From an uncultured Gemmatimonadales bacterium (lineage in GTDB: Bacteria > Gemmatimonadota > Gemmatimonadetes > Longimicrobiales > Gaopeijiaceae), in the NCBI GenBank assembly GCA_963823035.1, contig CAWGKG010000015.1, positions 32,001-96,000 on the forward strand: a DNA stretch of 64,000 nucleotides, given 5' to 3'. Every line of letters starts with the position of its first letter. Within the stretch, counting starts at the first letter, position 1. Below, one piece after another: positions 58,579 to 64,000 of this stretch. The notes under the pieces are model-generated. The model had not been told where the DNA came from and ran no database searches. It was given only the letters and a program-made list of their open reading frames with translations. Both the position numbers and the translations under genes were made by a program.

Positions 58579-59758
58579 GCCGACGCTCGCGTTCGGAAAG
58601 GAGGCGATCCGCGCCCTCCTGGGCGTGGACGCCCTCTACCGGGCGGAGAGCGAGGACGGTGAGGGCCTGGCCGTCCTCAACATGGACAGGGAGGGAGCCT
58701 TCCCCGCCGAGTCGCTGGTGTCGTACGAGGCAGCGCGAGAGCGCTTCCGCTCCCTGCGTGAGCAGGCCGCCGGGCTGGCCGAGCCCGACCGGCGCCGCTA
58801 CTACGACCGCTTGTGCGGCTCGACGCTCGCCTTCATCCGCTGGCGGAGGGTCGGCCTCCCCTTCGAGGTCCAGCTGACGGACTTCCTGCACGTGCCCGCT
58901 CGACCGGCGTCGGCCGGCGAGCTCGACCGGCTCCGCGACGACATCAACGCGCTCCTGGGCGCGATGGGGTATCAAGGGGATCTCGCCCGGCGCTGCCGCG
59001 CCTGGGAGGAGCGCAACCGCGTCGAGCCCGAAGCCGTGGCCGGGACGCTCGAGGCGCTTCTGGACGAGGCGTGGACACGCACGGAGGAGCGGCTCCTCCC
59101 CATCCCCGCCCCGCGTTCCGACGGGATGCGCGTGCGGACCGTGTCCGGGGCGCACTACAACGCCCGCTGCGACTACCTGGCGCGCACCATCGAGGTGAAC
59201 ACGGATCCGGTCCTGACGCGCCCCGCGCTCAAGCACCTGGCCGTCCACGAGGGCTGTCCGGGCCACTACGTGCAGTTCAAGCTGCGCGAGACGTGGGCGC
59301 GCGACGGCACGGCCGCCGCGGACGTGCTCCTGAGCGTGGTGAACACGGCTGGTTCCTCCGTCTTCGAGGGGATCGCCGACGCGGGCACCGTCATGATCGA
59401 CTGGGTCGAGTCCGACGACGACCGCCTCCACGGGCTCCTCAACCGATACCGTGCCGGTCTGGGCACGCAGGCGGCGTGGCGCCTCCACGCGCTCGGCCTC
59501 CCCGCGCCCGCGGTGACCGACTGGCTGCGCGACCGCGCCCTGGTGGGGGGTGACGGATGGGTCGAGAACCGGATGCGCTTCATCGCTGCGCCCGCCCGCG
59601 CCGTGCTGATCTGGTCGTACTGGTGGGGGGAGGCCTCCGTGGCCCCCACGTGGGCGCGCGTGGACGAGGGCGCGCGCGCCGAGTTCCTCCGCTTCCTCTA
59701 TGGCCGGATGCACGCGCCGGACACGGTCGGCATGTTCGCGGGACGGCCCGGGAGCTGA
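58571..59758 (+). CDS. DUF885-related putative metallopeptidase
   Basis: AVHEGCPGHYVQ...FEGIA motif. Confidence 0.65.
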   Translation: MDEPTLAFGKEAIRALLGVDALYRAESEDGEGLAVLNMDREGAFPAESLVSYEAARERFRSLREQAAGLAEPDRRRYYDRLCGSTLAFIRWRRVGLPFEVQLTDFLHVPARPASAGELDRLRDDINALLGAMGYQGDLARRCRAWEERNRVEPEAVAGTLEALLDEAWTRTEERLLPIPAPRSDGMRVRTVSGAHYNARCDYLARTIEVNTDPVLTRPALKHLAVHEGCPGHYVQFKLRETWARDGTAAADVLLSVVNTAGSSVFEGIADAGTVMIDWVESDDDRLHGLLNRYRAGLGTQAAWRLHALGLPAPAVTDWLRDRALVGGDGWVENRMRFIAAPARAVLIWSYWWGEASVAPTWARVDEGARAEFLRFLYGRMHAPDTVGMFAGRPGS

Positions 59759-59867
59759 GGCCCGCGTTACTTCCCGCTTTCCCCCGCGTATACTGACCAG
59801 AACACCTCAGCGGGGGCACGAACCTGCCCAGCTGTCCCCGGATCCCGACCCCTGTTCCCGGAGCTCC

Positions 59868-62800
59868 ATGGGCGCCCCACGCCGGCGCAGGCACGTTCCG
59901 CTCGCGGTGCTCGCCGCGCTGCTCCTCGTCCCCTCGATCGGGACGGCCCAGTCCCAGACCACGTCGACGATCCGCGGTACGGTGACCGGCCCCGGGGGTT
60001 CGGGGCTCGCCGACGTGACGGTCCGGGTCCGGCACGCCCCGACCGGCGCCGAGCGCTCCGTGCTGACCGGGCCGGACGGCAGCTTCGTGGTACTGCTCCT
60101 CCAGCCGGGAGGGCCCTACGAGCTGACGGCGTCGACCATCGGCTTCGCGGACGCGACGCGCACGGACATCCACCTCGCGATCGGCGAGACCTTCGCGGTG
60201 GCGCTGGAGATGCGTCCGACCGCCCTGCAGCTCCCGGGCGTCTCGGTCGACGTGTCACGCGCGGACCTCGTGAGCCCCCGCCGCGTCGGCCCCGTGACGC
60301 TCCTGGACGAGCCGGTGCTCGCGGGGCTGCCGGTCCCGTCACGCGACGTGATGGACCTCGCGGTGCTCTCCACCCTGGTGCGTACCACGGAGGGAGGCGG
60401 CTTCAGCATCGCCGGGCAGAACGACCGCTACAACAGCCTGCTGGTGGACGGACTGGCCGCCGGGGACGCCTTCGGGCTCACACCGTCGGGCGTTCCCGGC
60501 GCACAGGCGGGGGCCCGCCTCCTGCCGCTCGACGCGGTGTCGCAGTATGAGATCCTGGTGGCGCCCTACGACGCGCGCCTCTCGGGCTTCGCGGGCGGCG
60601 TCCTGAACGCGGTCACCCGTACCGGCACGAACGACTTCTCCCTGCATGCCTTCGCGCTCGGGCGCGACGCCGCGCTCACCGGCGACCTCACCCTCCCCTC
60701 GGGCACCGCGCAGGCGTCCGGGATCCGTCGGGAGCTCGTAGGCGTGTCGGCCGGAGGGCCGATCGTACCCGATCGCGTCCACTACTTCGTGGCGGGCGAG
60801 ATCGAGCGGCGCACGAGCTCGCCGGTCGGCTACAACTCCGGGCGGGACAACCCGGCGCTGGTGGGCATCACACCCGAGACGCTCGACCTCTTCAAGACGC
60901 TCTTCGAGCAGGGGCACGGGGTCGACACCGGAGAGTACGGCCCCTACGACCTGACGCAGGACCTGGCCAACCTCTTCGCGCGGGTCGACTGGAGCTTCGC
61001 GAACGGCGACCGCCTCACGATCCGCAACGTCTTCGCGCGAGCGTCCAACGACGAGAGCCCGAACCGGACCCCCTTCGAGCCGTACGGCTTCTCCTCCAAC
61101 GCGGTCTTCCGCACGTCCACGCACGACCTGCTGTCCGCCCAGCTCTTCACGGACCTGGGCAGCGGCGGCGGCAACGAAGTGGAGCTCTCGCTGCAGCGCA
61201 CCACGGACCGCACGAGGCCGGCCAGCGACTTCCCGCAGGTCGAAGCCGTCCTCCAGAGCCCCTTCTTCTCCCAGAGCGCGTACCGCCCGATCCGCGTCGG
61301 TGCCCAATTCTACGCGCAGGACGACGACCTCGAGCAGACCAGCGCCCGGCTGACCAACACCCTGACCCGCGTGCGCGGCCGGAGCACCTGGACGCTGGGC
61401 GCGAGCGCCGCGTGGCACGGCATCCGCCAGACGTACCTCCCCGGTGACAAGGGCGAGTTCTACTACGCGACGTGGGCGGACGTGCTGGACAACGCGCCGC
61501 TACGCTACCAGCGAACCGTCCTCCTCGACGGGCAGAGCCCGGGCGTCGCGTTCGACGTCGCGGAGATGGGCGCCTTCGCGCAGAACCAGATCGAGCTGAA
61601 CGCCTTCACGCTGCGCTTCGGCGTCCGCCTCGACGCGCCCTTCGTCCTTTCCCACCCTGGACACAACGAGGCGGTGGCGAGCACCTTCGGCCGCAACACC
61701 TCGAACGTCCCCTCGGGCGTCCTCCTGTCGCCGAGGGTGGGCTTGAACTGGCAGGGCGGCGACGTGCGCCGCACGCAGATCCGGGCGGGCGCCGGCGTCT
61801 TCACCGGACAGCTCCCCTACGTCTGGCTCGCCAACGCCTTCCACGACACCGGGCTCCGCTCGGAGGTACGGGCCTGCTTCGGACGCTGGAACGGCTTCAA
61901 CCCGACCGGCGCGAACATCGCACCGTTCTTCGACCCGAACGATCCGGCGCCCACCTGCCTGAACGGTCCGCCCACGGTGGCACGCGCCGTCACGGTGTTC
62001 GACGAGGGCTTCCGCTATCCGCAGTACGCCAAGGTGTCGCTGGCCCTCGACCAGGAGCTGACGCCCTCCCTGGCGGCGTCCGTGGATGTCGTCGTCGGGA
62101 GCTCCATCCACCAGGTCTCGCTGCGCGAGTTGAACATCCAGCGACAGGATACGGCACTCGGCCCCCTGCGCGGCTACGGCGGCACGGAACGTCTCCACTT
62201 CGGCCCACCCTCCGCGGAGGGCTTCCAGCCCAACCGGGTGCTTCCCGACTACGGCCAGGTTCTGCTCGTGGAGAACGGGTCCGGCGACCGCTCCTGGTCG
62301 ATCTCCACCGAGCTACGCGGCTCCCTGACCGACCGCGTGGACTTCCGCGCCGGCTACGCCTACGGCCGCTCGTACGACCGCATGAGCCTCGCCTCGGTGG
62401 ACCTCATCGGCGCGTACGGCTCCAACCCCACGCACGGAGATCCGAACGACCCGCCGCTGACGCCCTCCAACTTCGACCGCCCGCACAAGGTGGTGCTCGC
62501 ACTGTACGGCACCCCGATCCCGGGGCTGGACGACACGGAGGTCTCCATCCTCTACACCGGGGAGTCCGGGCTCCCCTTCTCGTACGTGTACCGAGGCGAC
62601 CTGAACGGCGACGGCTACCCGTCCCTCGGCAAGGCCTCGGACCGCGACAACGACCTCGTGTACGTGCCGGACGATCCGCTCGAGGTGCCGGCCGGGCCGG
62701 GAACCACGGTACGCCTCGCGGCCGCACTCGCGAACGACCCCTGCCTGAAGCGCTTCCACGGCCAGATGCTGCTCCGCAACCGCTGCCGCGCACCCTGGCA

Positions 62801-63125
62801 GAACCGATTGGACCTGCGCCTCGCGCAGCGGCTGCGCGTGGGTGGCGCGTCCGTGCGCGTCGAGGCGGACGTGGTCAACCTGCTGAACCTGCTCAACGGC
62901 GATTGGGGGTTGGTGCGCACGATCCCCGCCACCTCCTCCCTCCTCCAGCCGAGCGAGCGCATCCGCGGCAACGGCGACCTGCTCTCCCAGTGGATCGCCG
63001 GCCTCCTCCCGCTTCGTGACGAGAACGGAGCCCAGACCATTCCGGAGCCGTGGTCCGTGGCCTCACCCGCCTCACAGTGGCAGGCCCAGCTCGGCCTGCG
63101 CGTCTCCTTCGGCGGAGGGCGATAG
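59868..63125 (+). CDS. Oar-type TonB-dependent receptor with carboxypeptidase-regulatory-like N-domain
   Basis: GTVTG..., GGPYEL, APYDARLSGFAGG..NAVTRTGTN, SPRVG.NW, terminal QLGLRVSF. Confidence 0.9.
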   Translation: MGAPRRRRHVPLAVLAALLLVPSIGTAQSQTTSTIRGTVTGPGGSGLADVTVRVRHAPTGAERSVLTGPDGSFVVLLLQPGGPYELTASTIGFADATRTDIHLAIGETFAVALEMRPTALQLPGVSVDVSRADLVSPRRVGPVTLLDEPVLAGLPVPSRDVMDLAVLSTLVRTTEGGGFSIAGQNDRYNSLLVDGLAAGDAFGLTPSGVPGAQAGARLLPLDAVSQYEILVAPYDARLSGFAGGVLNAVTRTGTNDFSLHAFALGRDAALTGDLTLPSGTAQASGIRRELVGVSAGGPIVPDRVHYFVAGEIERRTSSPVGYNSGRDNPALVGITPETLDLFKTLFEQGHGVDTGEYGPYDLTQDLANLFARVDWSFANGDRLTIRNVFARASNDESPNRTPFEPYGFSSNAVFRTSTHDLLSAQLFTDLGSGGGNEVELSLQRTTDRTRPASDFPQVEAVLQSPFFSQSAYRPIRVGAQFYAQDDDLEQTSARLTNTLTRVRGRSTWTLGASAAWHGIRQTYLPGDKGEFYYATWADVLDNAPLRYQRTVLLDGQSPGVAFDVAEMGAFAQNQIELNAFTLRFGVRLDAPFVLSHPGHNEAVASTFGRNTSNVPSGVLLSPRVGLNWQGGDVRRTQIRAGAGVFTGQLPYVWLANAFHDTGLRSEVRACFGRWNGFNPTGANIAPFFDPNDPAPTCLNGPPTVARAVTVFDEGFRYPQYAKVSLALDQELTPSLAASVDVVVGSSIHQVSLRELNIQRQDTALGPLRGYGGTERLHFGPPSAEGFQPNRVLPDYGQVLLVENGSGDRSWSISTELRGSLTDRVDFRAGYAYGRSYDRMSLASVDLIGAYGSNPTHGDPNDPPLTPSNFDRPHKVVLALYGTPIPGLDDTEVSILYTGESGLPFSYVYRGDLNGDGYPSLGKASDRDNDLVYVPDDPLEVPAGPGTTVRLAAALANDPCLKRFHGQMLLRNRCRAPWQNRLDLRLAQRLRVGGASVRVEADVVNLLNLLNGDWGLVRTIPATSSLLQPSERIRGNGDLLSQWIAGLLPLRDENGAQTIPEPWSVASPASQWQAQLGLRVSFGGGR

Positions 63126-64000
63126 TGCGCGCTCGGCGCGTGCGGGCCACCCTCCCCCTGGTGGGGGCCGCGTGCCTGGCCCTTTCCGCCTGCGGTGTCC
63201 CCGCCGGGGACGCCCCTGCGTCAGGTGATCCGGGCCGGAAGATCCTGCGCGTCGCCTACGACCGCGAGATCGACGTGCTCAACCCCTTCACGAGCCAGAA
63301 CCTCGTCGACATCGAGTTCAGCATGATGGAGGGGCTCGTCACCACGGACGAGCACAACACCTACGTCCCGGTGCTCGCGAAGGAGATCCCGACCGAGGCG
63401 AACGGGCTCGTGGTCCACAACGCCGACGGCACCGTGGACATGAACTGGCCGCTGCACGAAGGCGTGCGTTGGCACGACGGCGAGCCCTTCACCAGCGCGG
63501 ACGTGTGCTTCACCTGGAAGTTCGTGACCAGCCCCAACTCGCAGGTCTACAACCGCGACCAGTACCTGGGCATCATCGACTGCCGGACGCCGGACGAGCA
63601 CACCGTGGTCTTCCGGTGGGACGGCGTCTACGGCTACTACGACGGGCTCTTCGAGGCGGTCCTCCCCGAACACGTGCTCGGCGGGATGACCACCGAGGAT
63701 ATCGTCAACTACGAGCCGTTCAATCGGGGCCCGGAGGCGATCGGCACCGGGCCTTTCCGCTTCGCCGAATGGAAGAGCGGGGAGTACATCCGCGTCGTGC
63801 GTAACGACGACTACTGGCGTGGCCCCGGGTACCCGCGCATCGACGAGATCGTGTGGGCCTTCATCCCCGACCCGAACACCCGCCTCAACGCGATGCGCGC
63901 GCGCCAGCACCACTACGCCCAGTTGCTGCCGACGCAGGTGTCGGAGGTGCGTCGGCCTGGACGGCTACGAGGTGCACCTGGTGAGCTCGAACACCTTCCT
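63125..64000 (+). CDS. Peptide ABC transporter substrate-binding lipoprotein, family 5 (partial)
   Basis: Manual translation from GTG 63125: lipobox LSAC, VRWHDGEPFTSADVCFTW, IGTGPF, RNDDYW. Confidence 0.88.
   Translation, partial: MRARRVRATLPLVGAACLALSACGVPAGDAPASGDPGRKILRVAYDREIDVLNPFTSQNLVDIEFSMMEGLVTTDEHNTYVPVLAKEIPTEANGLVVHNADGTVDMNWPLHEGVRWHDGEPFTSADVCFTWKFVTSPNSQVYNRDQYLGIIDCRTPDEHTVVFRWDGVYGYYDGLFEAVLPEHVLGGMTTEDIVNYEPFNRGPEAIGTGPFRFAEWKSGEYIRVVRNDDYWRGPGYPRIDEIVWAFIPDPNTRLNAMRARQHHYAQLLPTQVSEVRRPGRLRGAPGELEHLP

Overview
A very GC-rich bacterial window. The gene repertoire suggests Gemmatimonadota, but that is an unverified inference. Many single-base frameshifts look like long-read indel errors. 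Bases 1-15.3 kb hold a divergent cluster centred on a Rex repressor, with three visible Rex-like operators, two of them directly beside clear sigma70 promoters. It encodes four cytidylate-kinase-like (mostly BON-tailed) paralogs, two TauE/SafE transporters each with its own partner, a DsrMK-like membrane/Fe-S pair, a histidine kinase, a PEP-synthase-like protein lacking its pyruvate domain, two stand-alone receivers and a short precorrin-2 dehydrogenase. At 15.8-24.1 kb is a minus-strand operon for a Tat-less molybdoenzyme, a fused 4Fe-4S/NrfD subunit, a TorD chaperone, SulP and a beta-CASP hydrolase. The remainder is mostly housekeeping or accessory: tandem DUF3187-like proteins, tRNA-Ala, a two-component pair, DUF819/M20 peptidase/HrpB, a GMC-TPP operon, a YcbB/YcbK-like pair, a tiny stand-alone transcription unit, a dihaem cytochrome c, a CecR-YbhGFSR-like efflux operon, two DUF885-like proteins, an Oar-type TonB receptor and a peptide ABC binding protein. 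No CRISPR array, integrase or transposase was seen. All family names come from motif recognition, not database searches.
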